From the IMG/VR virus record IMGVR_UViG_3300035210_000151: a stretch of 64,000 bases of DNA; one strand, written 5' to 3'. The stretch's first letter is position 1, and each line of letters begins with the position of its first letter. Source of the stretch: a virus. Taxonomy: Duplodnaviria > Heunggongvirae > Uroviricota > Caudoviricetes. Shown here piece by piece: positions 19,934 through 28,530 of this stretch. The translations under genes and the position numbers were made by a program. The notes below the pieces were generated by a model. It searched no databases. It was not told the DNA's origin and was given only the letters and a program-made list of their open reading frames with translations.

Positions 19934-20953
19934 TTATACTGCTTTAATGGTAAAGAAAGTATCTTGATCATCATATTTAGCCGCATTATAGGAAGTGACT
20001 TCATATTTACCAGCCGGAACATCAATATAGACAGGTTTGTAATGAGCTTCGAGTGCTTCTAAATCGTCAATATTTTCAGTATTTTTTCCATTTTCTTTAC
20101 ATAGTTTGATAAATTCATCATAATCCATGCCAAAAACAGCCCATACTGTTGTATCAATTTTACCTTTTTTGATGGAATCCTTCTTAGATTTACCCATCTT
20201 GCAGGTAATTTCATGAGTTTTTGGATTTTGATACAATGTGGGTGATGTATTACCAACTTGAATATAAATAACTTTTAGGTTATTCCAAAACTCTGTGTTT
20301 AATTTTACGCCATAATCACTGTTAATACTATTTCGGTAGCCACATTTATCACTGATGTATTCATCTGACGTAATGGCAAGTTCTCTATCAAACAAATTCA
20401 ATAAATAGTTTGAAAAAATTAATTTACCTGATGGTACATCAATCACGTTGCTGTAATGACCCACACCTTCTGGGAATTTACACGCTGATTGGGCTTCTTT
20501 TACATAGACCCAATATTGTTCTTCGTCTTCTTTCAAGTCATTGGTATAGGTATCACCTTTCTTTTTCACTTTGAGATTGCAGCCACAATCAACACAGTGG
20601 ATTTCTTCCATCCAGTGCGGATTACTTTCACCTTTTTTGAAAAATGGCACAATTTCTTCTTTCTTGTGAATACCTTTAACCAATGGATCTAACAAATAAG
20701 AGTCAATTACGCTTAGGTATCGGTCTTTTAAATCTCTCCATAGCCGTTGATTTTCAAAATCGGCCATTGGCCTATTATCGACAACCGCTCTCAGATGTCC
20801 TTGTAAATTAATAGTTTGACTATTAAAGTTCTCTTTAAAATAAGTATTAAAGATATCTTCTGCTAATGCTTTCACAACTGATTTGCTTTTATCAGTTTGT
20901 TTAAGATGTTCATTAGCGAAATCGTAAATAGCGGCGTGGTCAATAGGTGTCAT
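19934..20953 (-). CDS. hypothetical Cys-containing protein
   Basis: 339 aa with a CVDCGC cluster. Confidence 0.55.
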   Translation of the reverse strand: MTPIDHAAIYDFANEHLKQTDKSKSVVKALAEDIFNTYFKENFNSQTINLQGHLRAVVDNRPMADFENQRLWRDLKDRYLSVIDSYLLDPLVKGIHKKEEIVPFFKKGESNPHWMEEIHCVDCGCNLKVKKKGDTYTNDLKEDEEQYWVYVKEAQSACKFPEGVGHYSNVIDVPSGKLIFSNYLLNLFDRELAITSDEYISDKCGYRNSINSDYGVKLNTEFWNNLKVIYIQVGNTSPTLYQNPKTHEITCKMGKSKKDSIKKGKIDTTVWAVFGMDYDEFIKLCKENGKNTENIDDLEALEAHYKPVYIDVPAGKYEVTSYNAAKYDDQDTFFTIKAV

Positions 20954-21005
20954 TTTTCAATTCCTCATCAATTCTTTTTAAAATGTTAAGTTAAGTTTAA
21001 TTCTT

Positions 21006-21779
21006 TTATTTACTTTTTACGAAAGTAATTAGCAACTCTTCAAGTGCTTGAATATCTTTATTTACATCCACACCTTTACATTCAGAAAGATAAATATTGA
21101 AAATGGCTTTTAAAGCAGTTGAATCATGTTCCATCATTTCCAATACATCAATATAATGCAATTTACTGGTTGGGTTGTGTTCTTTTTGTAGAGTTTTACA
21201 AACATCCATCATGTATTCAAAGAAGCCATGATAGTTTTTATGAAAGACTGTATGAATTTCAACATCCGTCAGGCCATCAAAAACACCAACTTCTTCAAGC
21301 ACTTTATGACACCCCAGCCATTTTTCTTGTGCAATCAGTTCTCTGTTATCGTCACAGGTCTTAATGTTGTCTACAAGTTTAGTCATGTAGTGTTCATAAC
21401 AATAGTATTCATAACCAATATTATGGATGACTTCATGTTTGCCACAGGCATTGCAAGTAGTTAGCATTTTAAACATTTTGTCTTTTTTCATACTGCAATG
21501 TTTACATTTCCCCAGTTGGCTGGTGTCACTAAACCGTTGGAATTCATGATCGCAACCCATATAGACTTGGTATTTATCCCAAGCCGCTTTTTCAGCCTCG
21601 GCCAGCGTAACACCTTCACCACGGATATAACTCATGTCTTTAATAAAGACTTCAAAAAAGACTACGGAACCAATACCATCAAGTGAACCACCACCCGCCT
21701 GCGAACCGGAACCTTCCGGCCATTCGTAAGTGGTTTCTTCTTTGTATTCATTGGTCAGTAGACCTGTTCTAATTTTCAT
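21006..21779 (-). CDS. hypothetical protein with Cys/His-rich (zinc-binding-like) region
   Basis: 257 aa. Pattern CDHE...CKHC...CNACGKHE...CYEHY. Confidence 0.55.
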   Translation of the reverse strand: MKIRTGLLTNEYKEETTYEWPEGSGSQAGGGSLDGIGSVVFFEVFIKDMSYIRGEGVTLAEAEKAAWDKYQVYMGCDHEFQRFSDTSQLGKCKHCSMKKDKMFKMLTTCNACGKHEVIHNIGYEYYCYEHYMTKLVDNIKTCDDNRELIAQEKWLGCHKVLEEVGVFDGLTDVEIHTVFHKNYHGFFEYMMDVCKTLQKEHNPTSKLHYIDVLEMMEHDSTALKAIFNIYLSECKGVDVNKDIQALEELLITFVKSK

Positions 21780-21898
21780 CTATTAATTCCCATTAAATTT
21801 TCATTATTTTAACACAATTAAGTCGTTCTTTCAAGTCTCTTTAAGTTTGACATCGGCCTGTTTTTTTGCTATTATTAGACAACAATATTGGAGGCGAG

Positions 21899-22234
21899 AT
21901 GACTAACAAAGTAGAAGTTCAGAAAGCAGATAGCGATTTAGTAGATATCTTTGAAAAAGAAACAGCTATTATCCTTGAAGCCCTCGGCCATCCAGAAGCT
22001 ATGGTTACTGATGAATCTGAGGTAGGCGATTTTCTTATTTTGCTTTTTGTTGAGCCTAAGACCGCCGATGATTTTCAGGAAATGCAGAAAATTGCAGAGT
22101 ATAATAAGCTCAGTCTTGATCACCTTCAATCTATTTTTGATCCTATCTGTGAAGTTACGCGAACATCACTCATTGGGGAACTCGCTCAAAAGCTGAGTTT
22201 CTATAACGCATCCAAGGTGAAAACACTGCATTAA
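21899..22234 (+). CDS. hypothetical acidic protein
   Basis: ATG at 21899 directly after the SD GGAGGCGAG. The longer track ORF lacks an SD. Confidence 0.5.
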   Translation: MTNKVEVQKADSDLVDIFEKETAIILEALGHPEAMVTDESEVGDFLILLFVEPKTADDFQEMQKIAEYNKLSLDHLQSIFDPICEVTRTSLIGELAQKLSFYNASKVKTLH

Positions 22235-22273
22235 TAGCGTGTTTTGTTACCTTTTAACAGATAGGTAAAACAT

Positions 22274-22936
22274 ATGAAGAAATTTGATAAAGCAGTAGGA
22301 TCTCGTTACATTAAAAACGATGATCAAATCAACTTTAAAACACCAGCAAAGTCGAGAAGACATATTTTTCATTTCTACTGGAAAGATAAACGTATTATTA
22401 AAGATTGTGCCTACAGTGGTTGGGCCGATTTAGTTAATGACATTTTAAAAACAAACAATATCACAACCGAATCGTATTTTAATTACAGTTTGCGTTTTAT
22501 GGATAAATTTAATTCATTTGCGACTATGTTGAATTATCCGATTATGCTTTATAACAATTATAACTATAAGATATCGGTTCATTATGATTCTGATGTTATT
22601 GAAGATATGCTGAAACCTAGTCGTGTGATTATTCGTTGGAACAATGGATTCAATCATTGTATTAATTTGAATAAAGAAAAAGGCACGTTTGCTGAATATC
22701 AACAAGATGATGTAGAAAATTACAAAACCAATGGATTCTTTGTTGATGTTAGAGAATATTCATTTACTCGTGGTGATGTATTTATTGAGCATGGCATTAC
22801 TGATCAAAGTAAAGCAATCAAAGCCTTATTAAGAACGCGATATGAAGACATTCCAGATGAATACAAAGTAGGTGTCACACCCGAAACGATGGATTATGAT
22901 TCGTTATGGTTACTGTTTGAGATGTCCACTATTTAA
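22274..22936 (+). CDS. hypothetical protein; tail ...LWLLFEMSTI
   Basis: 220 aa. Confidence 0.6.
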   Translation: MKKFDKAVGSRYIKNDDQINFKTPAKSRRHIFHFYWKDKRIIKDCAYSGWADLVNDILKTNNITTESYFNYSLRFMDKFNSFATMLNYPIMLYNNYNYKISVHYDSDVIEDMLKPSRVIIRWNNGFNHCINLNKEKGTFAEYQQDDVENYKTNGFFVDVREYSFTRGDVFIEHGITDQSKAIKALLRTRYEDIPDEYKVGVTPETMDYDSLWLLFEMSTI

Positions 22937-22956
22937 GATTAATTGTTGAAAACAAG

Positions 22957-22980
22957 AAACCGCAGAAATGCGGTTTTTGT
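22957..22980. terminator. bidirectional terminator
   Basis: aaaccgcagaaatgcggttttt hairpin. Confidence 0.65.
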
Positions 22981-22994
22981 ATTTAATGATAAAA

Positions 22995-23723
22995 TTAACT
23001 GTTATAGTTAGTGATAGGTTGTCTACATACTTCATACTCAACCGATGAACCATTTGTAACTTTTACAACACTTTTTGTATAAAAATAACTCACAACCAAT
23101 GTCATTGATATTGGGTTTGTACTATTATTTACATTATAGGATGAACCACCCCAAACAACTGTCTCTGTATAGTTACCACCCGTAGTAACAGTTTCCCAAT
23201 AAGTGGCTGGTTGACCACCTGCTGGATGTAGGTAACGACATACTTTTGAACCTAGAATCCCCGTTGATGGTATTGTTCTACTATCGACACTGGCAACTGT
23301 TTCAGTGATCGTTTCAGTTGTTGGACTGGATACATTTCTGTATTGATCGGTTTCAGCATTATACTCTCTTGCTTGCACGCTTCTTGTTTTATCTTTTGAA
23401 CAAGATGTGGATGTTTGAGAGGTTGTATAACCAAAACCAGATGGTTGCTTATTGGATGATGGTGTCCAATTACAACTGTGCAGTGTTTCATTATAAACCC
23501 ATGCTGTATACTCAGGTGCAGCAGCTACCCATATTTCTTCTGGTTGTGTTGGGACTTCTGGTGTTGATGGTGTGTTGGAAAATGATATAGACCCATTGGC
23601 TAGTGAACCACCTTGGCTTTGCTCTAATGGTTCTATGACTACATACTCTGCTTTTACTTGATTTATTGATAAAAATATTAAACATACAAAAAACGATAAT
23701 TTCCATTTATATTCTACTTTCAT
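22995..23723 (-). CDS. secreted protein (signal peptide); distant member of the secreted family
   Basis: Start at MKVEYKWKLSFFVCLIFLSINQVKA|EYVVIEPLE...GGSLANGSISF. The post-signal motif matches 26778 and 27676. Confidence 0.55.
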   Translation of the reverse strand: MKVEYKWKLSFFVCLIFLSINQVKAEYVVIEPLEQSQGGSLANGSISFSNTPSTPEVPTQPEEIWVAAAPEYTAWVYNETLHSCNWTPSSNKQPSGFGYTTSQTSTSCSKDKTRSVQAREYNAETDQYRNVSSPTTETITETVASVDSRTIPSTGILGSKVCRYLHPAGGQPATYWETVTTGGNYTETVVWGGSSYNVNNSTNPISMTLVVSYFYTKSVVKVTNGSSVEYEVCRQPITNYNS

Positions 23724-23848
23724 ACAAAAACCTATACATGTTTTTCTATATTTTATCAATAAGAAAGCTAATGTAAATACTTTTAATAATATATTTTTTT
23801 ATATATTGTCCTACAATACTATAAGTGTATATAGTCTCTAAACCAATG

Positions 23849-24598
23849 TTATTGTTTGGTATTTCTAAGATTTAATGAAAATATTACGCAATAATTATTA
23901 GTATTTGATAAGATTCTCACCATGTACATTTTATTTTCTTGTTGTTTGAAAAATAAATCGTAACCATCTATGTGAATGATGAAATCACCTTCTCTGTTTA
24001 ATAGATACATTGTTTTATTATCTATGATCTCTTTGCTGATGAACTCTTTTTCTATATGATGAATTAGCTTGTCTTCAAAAGATTTTGTGAGACTTCTTGA
24101 ACCACTTTTTTTCATTCGCAATGTGCCACTAAATTCAAAGGCATTTAATAAATCATTTTTATTCAATGGTATTAGTTGGTAATCATCTTTTTTCCTAGTA
24201 ATGATATACTTCACTTTTTTTTCTTTGTAATGCGTAAGAATGTAATCTACAATCAATTCTTGTGACAACACTAATGGAATGTTTTTCTTTTCAATTTCGT
24301 TTAACTTATTTATGTTAATGTATTCAATAATTTCTTTTGAAAATTCATTAATCACAATCTTATTTCTTTCGCTAAAATAGAACTCGTTATCGTCATTTTT
24401 TAGTAGAACAAATTGCCCACATTGAGATTTTGGCATCTTGGCTTCTATGTAATGAGACAATACATCATTTTCGATGACTTGAATATCTGATATTGTGGAG
24501 TCAGAACTCCCTTTTGATGTATATTTTCTCATTACATCGCGGTTGGTCTGGTTAAGATAGTCCAGACAATTCTTTTCAAATATTTGCCAATTCTTCAT
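23849..24598 (-). CDS. hypothetical protein, possible PD-(D/E)XK nuclease fold
   Basis: 249 aa. D...E-A-K spacing (DIQVIENDVLSHYIEAKMP) is suggestive only. Confidence 0.3.
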   Translation of the reverse strand: MKNWQIFEKNCLDYLNQTNRDVMRKYTSKGSSDSTISDIQVIENDVLSHYIEAKMPKSQCGQFVLLKNDDNEFYFSERNKIVINEFSKEIIEYININKLNEIEKKNIPLVLSQELIVDYILTHYKEKKVKYIITRKKDDYQLIPLNKNDLLNAFEFSGTLRMKKSGSRSLTKSFEDKLIHHIEKEFISKEIIDNKTMYLLNREGDFIIHIDGYDLFFKQQENKMYMVRILSNTNNYCVIFSLNLRNTKQ

Positions 24599-24726
24599 AA
24601 AATAAATTAAATGTTTTCAACAGTTTACCATTTTTTATAAAAAGTCAATAAAATTAATAAGTAATGATTTTTTTAAACATTTTAAATTTCAATATCCTTA
24701 GCAACACTTAAATCACAAAAAAAATG

Positions 24727-24755
24727 TTGACAATGTAGTACGAATATCGTATTAT
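24727..24755 (+). promoter_or_regulatory. strong sigma-A promoter for the tRNA cluster
   Basis: Consensus TTGACA, 17 bp spacer, TATTAT, about 14 bp before the first tRNA. Confidence 0.6.
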
Positions 24756-24768
24756 TTACTTATCGAAA

Positions 24769-24845
24769 CGGAGTGTAGGTCAGCCCGGTAGACCGCTTGC
24801 TTTGGGAGCAAGATGCCGCAGGTTCAAATCCTGCCACTCCGACCA
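24769..24845 (+). tRNA. tRNA-Pro (anticodon UGG), CCA encoded
   Basis: Canonical cloverleaf folded by hand. Acceptor CGGAGTG/CACTCCG. D-arm GGTC...GACC. Anticodon stem CTTGC/GCAAG with loop TTTGGGA. T-arm GCAGG-TTCAAAT-CCTGC. Ends ACCA. Confidence 0.85.
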
Positions 24846-24894
24846 ATTTTAAAAAGTAGAGTAACTGTGTTGCTCTATTGTTTTCTAAAGAGTT

Positions 24895-24969
24895 TGAAGG
24901 GTAGCTCAGTGGGTAGAGCAGCCTGCATTTTGGGCGGGTATGTCGGAGGTTCAAATCCTTCCTCTTCAA
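24895..24969 (+). tRNA. tRNA with atypical anticodon arm (best guess anticodon UUU, Lys); no encoded CCA
   Basis: Acceptor TGAAGGG/CTCTTCA (U1-A72). D-arm TAGCTCAGTGGGTAGAGCA. T-arm GGAGG-TTCAAAT-CCTTC. Two extra nucleotides between the D-stem and T-stem: either a 6 bp anticodon stem with 7 nt loop ATTTTGG, or an expanded 9 nt loop. Confidence 0.6.
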
Positions 24970-25024
24970 CATTATTACATAAATCTTATACTTCTATAAG
25001 GTTTATTTTTTTTGAGGTCTTGTT

Positions 25025-25864
25025 ATGCATCCGAATGTTGAGCCACACTGGTTTATTAAAACATCTCGTATTTACGGTGTTGAAATCAGTTTCTATTATG
25101 ATGACATTACAAAAATTATGTATGCATTTTCCAGTAATGGCGTATCGTGTACGTTGACCGATTTAAAAGACATTCATTTTTATAAAAATAATCAATTCAT
25201 TCTGCATACTGTTGCTCGTAAAAGCTACGTTTATCAAGGAGCGAGCATTGATAGCGTTATGTATTACTTAGAGCAGTCTATCTTTCTTCATGTTACCGAT
25301 GTGTTATCTGATAAAATTTTTGATCTTATCAAAGATAAACACAATATTAGTTTTATTTTACATCCAAAAGAAAGACTTTATTTTTTCAGTTACACTGATG
25401 GGCATGACTTAGAATACCGTGAAATCTGTATTATGCAGCACGATAATGAATTTTATTTTTCAGGTACTGATTTTGTAGATATTCATAGAAGTTTCTTTTC
25501 ATTTGTGTTAAAATATTCAATCTGTATTTTTGCTTTTTATGAAAGTCTGGAAACTGATAAGCTTTTATTTACACAAGATTTGAATAAAGTAGTTGTCAAT
25601 ATGATATACACCAAAAGTTCACAAGAGCTTTTTATTACCAGTCAGCCAAAAGAAAATTATAAAAGTGACTTGGCAGCATTAGATGAATTAGTGCCAGAAG
25701 AAACAGTGGTGATTGCTGGAAGTGAATTGCAAGATTATGTATATCGTTATCTGTATGATTTAGCCTGTAAAAACTTGAAGCCAAGATTAAATAATGAATA
25801 CGGCATTGATTTTAATATTGATTATCAAGATGTTTTAAAGCTTAATGATATGATTAGTGTATAA
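25025..25864 (+). CDS. hypothetical protein; tail ...VLKLNDMISV
   Basis: 279 aa with SD GAGGT. Confidence 0.6.
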   Translation: MHPNVEPHWFIKTSRIYGVEISFYYDDITKIMYAFSSNGVSCTLTDLKDIHFYKNNQFILHTVARKSYVYQGASIDSVMYYLEQSIFLHVTDVLSDKIFDLIKDKHNISFILHPKERLYFFSYTDGHDLEYREICIMQHDNEFYFSGTDFVDIHRSFFSFVLKYSICIFAFYESLETDKLLFTQDLNKVVVNMIYTKSSQELFITSQPKENYKSDLAALDELVPEETVVIAGSELQDYVYRYLYDLACKNLKPRLNNEYGIDFNIDYQDVLKLNDMISV

Positions 25865-25884
25865 AAATGAATGAGATGGCTTAC

Positions 25885-25990
25885 ATCCATTCACCAGATT
25901 TAGGACGTGATGGCGAACGGCAGTAGTCTGTTGTGTTAAGCGGGGTTCGAGTCCCTAAACTAGAAGGTTCGACTCCTTCAGTGCATGGTG
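25885..25990 (+). other. tRNA-like element with two adjacent T-arm-like hairpins, no complete cloverleaf
   Basis: GGGG-TTCGAGT-CCCT and GAAGG-TTCGACT-CCTTC hairpins about 10 nt apart. No matching acceptor stem found by eye. Confidence 0.3.
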
Positions 25991-26031
25991 CAAAGCATGA
26001 TGGTCCTATCTATTTTTAAAGGAGAACTGAT

Positions 26032-26202
26032 ATGAACCAAAGAGACATGTTTGAAAAGAGTTTTGAACGGCCTACTGATTATTTCAAGTTGTCACCCGAT
26101 TCTCAGTGGCGAATTGATGATCGACTTGGTATTTTGGACTGGGAAGGTGGTGATTTAAGCCCCGAAGATCTTCAACGCTTTAAAGAGCATTACAATAAGT
26201 AA
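26032..26202 (+). CDS. small hypothetical protein (56 aa)
   Basis: Not in the ORF track (<60 aa). Strong SD AAAGGAGAA 7 nt upstream; followed immediately by a terminator. Confidence 0.5.
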   Translation: MNQRDMFEKSFERPTDYFKLSPDSQWRIDDRLGILDWEGGDLSPEDLQRFKEHYNK

Positions 26203-26211
26203 TTAGACAAT

Positions 26212-26242
26212 AAAAAAAGACCTTTTCTGGTCTTTTTTTTAT
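26212..26242. terminator. bidirectional terminator
   Basis: aaagaccttttctggtcttt hairpin with flanking A/T tracts. Confidence 0.65.
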
Positions 26243-26245
26243 TCT

Positions 26246-26656
26246 TTAATATGGATAGTATCCATTGTAATACACTCTTTGCACAGGTGGTGTGTAGTAA
26301 ACAGGTCTATCAACATAAATGACTTGTTGTCTTACTGGTGGAGCGTAATAGACAGGTTGTGAATAGTATACAGGTTGTGGCTGATAACGTCTGCTCATCT
26401 CATAATCGTAAGCAGCTTGTTCTCTGGCAGCAGCCTGATATCTGTAACTGTCATTGTAACCTCTGTTGTAAGCATTGTTATTTCCAGAATTAATGACATA
26501 AGATACAGCACCAACTGTTAAAGCTGCAGCCGCAGTGTAACCCACAAATCTACCGAAGTCATTGCCGCCACCGTGATGATGTCCACCGCGTGCTTGAGCT
26601 ACACCTACTGATAGTAATGTGCTTGCTAAAACTAAACTTGTGATTATCTTTTTCAT
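26246..26656 (-). CDS. small secreted repeat protein (signal peptide; Gly/His-rich then PVYY repeats)
   Basis: Start MKKIITSL with SD TGGAG. N-terminal signal ...GVAQA. Repeats QPVYYSQPVYYAPPV...PVYYTPPV. Confidence 0.6.
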   Translation of the reverse strand: MKKIITSLVLASTLLSVGVAQARGGHHHGGGNDFGRFVGYTAAAALTVGAVSYVINSGNNNAYNRGYNDSYRYQAAAREQAAYDYEMSRRYQPQPVYYSQPVYYAPPVRQQVIYVDRPVYYTPPVQRVYYNGYYPY

Positions 26657-26742
26657 GGTAAACTCCATTGTGGTGTTATCTTAATCATATCATATCAAAA
26701 TAATAATCATTTACAATGAGATTTACACAATTATTACATAGC

Positions 26743-26779
26743 AAAAAAAAGCACCTATTCCTAAGTGCTTTTGATTTTT
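26743..26779 (-). terminator. rho-independent terminator (copy 1 of a duplicated terminator)
   Basis: aaaaaaaagcacctattcctaagtgctttt; near-identical to the copy at 27643. Confidence 0.6.
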
Positions 26780-27521
26780 AAAGTTCCATTTTCTTAACAC
26801 GACATATTTCTGAATATCCAAAATTAGGATTAGGCCCAGATATTCTTTCATCATCTTCTCTAAAATTATCAAAATAAATATACGATGAAGTTGTTACAGG
26901 TGAAGACTCTGGATCATAGTCCGCAGGAACATAATACCAAGTAGTAGGTTTAAAATGGTTTAAGCCAAAAGTGGTTGAATGAAATTCACGAGTGCCATCT
27001 ATTGTATTCCTAGCTGCATAGTCTGTGCTTGTATTCAAAATACATTCTGGCGTCCAATCTGGTCCTGTATGATCATCTATCGGTGGTCTATCATCTTCAT
27101 CTACATCTCCCATTATTGGATATATTGATAAATCATTAGCACAGATTTCAAATACTGATCCTTGTGGATAGCTTTGCATTTGTTTTCCTTTACTTAAACC
27201 CGGTTTTATAAATTTGTTATTAGATGGGCTGTAATAACTAACAACACTTTCACCAGCAATAAATATCATATCACCTATTTGATATGGCCCATCCGCCACA
27301 CCATATAGCACAACATAGTTTTGATTATCATAAATACAATTAGTGCTTGGTGCTTCACCTTCATTTTCAGTGTTATCACCTTTACCAAAACTTACACTAC
27401 CATTAGGTAATCCACCACCAGCATCCATTTCTAATGGTACTGCAACTTGATAGGCTGCAAATGTTAATTGTGAAAAAGAAGTTATCATCAGCATTGTTGT
27501 TATTTTTAATAGCTTTGACAT
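26778..27521 (-). CDS. secreted protein, paralog of 27676..28437
   Basis: Start at MSKLLKITTMLMITSFSQLTFA|AYQVAVPLE (signal peptide). C-terminal ...GPNPNFGYSEICRVKKMEL shared with the paralog. Confidence 0.65.
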   Translation of the reverse strand: MSKLLKITTMLMITSFSQLTFAAYQVAVPLEMDAGGGLPNGSVSFGKGDNTENEGEAPSTNCIYDNQNYVVLYGVADGPYQIGDMIFIAGESVVSYYSPSNNKFIKPGLSKGKQMQSYPQGSVFEICANDLSIYPIMGDVDEDDRPPIDDHTGPDWTPECILNTSTDYAARNTIDGTREFHSTTFGLNHFKPTTWYYVPADYDPESSPVTTSSYIYFDNFREDDERISGPNPNFGYSEICRVKKMEL

Positions 27522-27642
27522 CTTGTCAACCTTTAAATTATTTATGTATTTATATATATTAACTTGGTTGTGATTAAAGTCAAATTTATGACTTGTTTCT
27601 AAGTTTATGATTTTAATTAATAATATGTCATTATTTTGGCTA

Positions 27643-27677
27643 AAAAAAAGCACCTATTTCTAAGTGCTTTATTTTTT
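27643..27677 (-). terminator. rho-independent terminator (copy 2)
   Basis: aaaaaaaagcacctatttctaagtgcttt; duplicated together with the gene. Confidence 0.6.
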
Positions 27678-28437
27678 ATAGATCTCTTTTTCTAACTCGA
27701 CATATTTCAGAATAGCTGAAATTAGGATTAGGTCCAGAAACTCGTGGGTCGCCTGATTGTTCTGATTTATCAAAAAATATATATGATGATGGGTTATTTG
27801 GATCATAATCAGCAGGAACATAATTCCAGTTTGGGACTGCAACATGATTTAATCCAAACGTTGTTGAATGAAATTCACGAGAATTGTTGAGCGTGTTTAG
27901 TGCTGCATAATCAGTCGTTGTATTTAATATACATTCAGGTGTCCAATCCGGTCCTGAGCGATCATCTACTGGTGGATCTATTGGTTCCGGTCCCGGCCCA
28001 CTGAGTGGTGGTAATGATGGATAGCTTGAAAAGTTATCACTACATATTTCATACATCATCGCATCAGGATTACTACCATCATCTTTTCGAGCACCTTTAC
28101 TTAGACCACTCGGCACTGTAAAACCTCTTGATGGAATATTAAATCCAATAATTGTTTGGTTGTATCCATACAATTCATCACCCACCTTGTATACACTGTT
28201 CTCTTTATTAAAAACAACAACAAGGTTGTCATCATTGTAGATGCAATTAGTGCTGGCTGGTGGTGGCGTTCCATTGTCAGGATTGGTTACATTGCCTATT
28301 ACAATGCTTCCAGTTGGAAGAGCACCACCTTGTGTTGTTTCTAATGGAATTGCGATTCTGTAAGCAGCAAAAGTTGGCAGTATTCCCACCATAGCTATTA
28401 GCAGTGTTGTTAATTTTAATGTCTTAGTCACGATCAT
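27676..28437 (-). CDS. secreted protein, paralog of 26778..27521
   Basis: MIVTKTLKLTTLLIAMVGILPTFA|AYRIAIPLE signal. Conserved Cys pairs (ECILNT...EICRV). Confidence 0.65.
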   Translation of the reverse strand: MIVTKTLKLTTLLIAMVGILPTFAAYRIAIPLETTQGGALPTGSIVIGNVTNPDNGTPPPASTNCIYNDDNLVVVFNKENSVYKVGDELYGYNQTIIGFNIPSRGFTVPSGLSKGARKDDGSNPDAMMYEICSDNFSSYPSLPPLSGPGPEPIDPPVDDRSGPDWTPECILNTTTDYAALNTLNNSREFHSTTFGLNHVAVPNWNYVPADYDPNNPSSYIFFDKSEQSGDPRVSGPNPNFSYSEICRVRKRDL

Positions 28438-28530
28438 ACCTTATATTATAAATTATAGTTAAACATAGACTACTTTAATTAATGTTAAAGTCAAATATTT
28501 ATCTTGTTTTTAGAGGATAAAATAATGGCG

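Noticed and set aside
25885-25990. tmRNA hypothesis for the twin T-arm element.
   Set aside because: Superficially tmRNA-like: GGACGTG..., GGTTCGACTCC. But there is no pairing between 5' and 3' acceptor halves and no tag-reading-frame region, and the element is only about 100 nt. Kept only as an unexplained tRNA-like element.
26778-28437. ADP-ribosylating toxin (cholera/pertussis-like) identity for the secreted paralogs.
   Set aside because: Only an S-T-T tripeptide is reminiscent of the STS motif. The order and spacing of R, STS and ExE elements do not fit.
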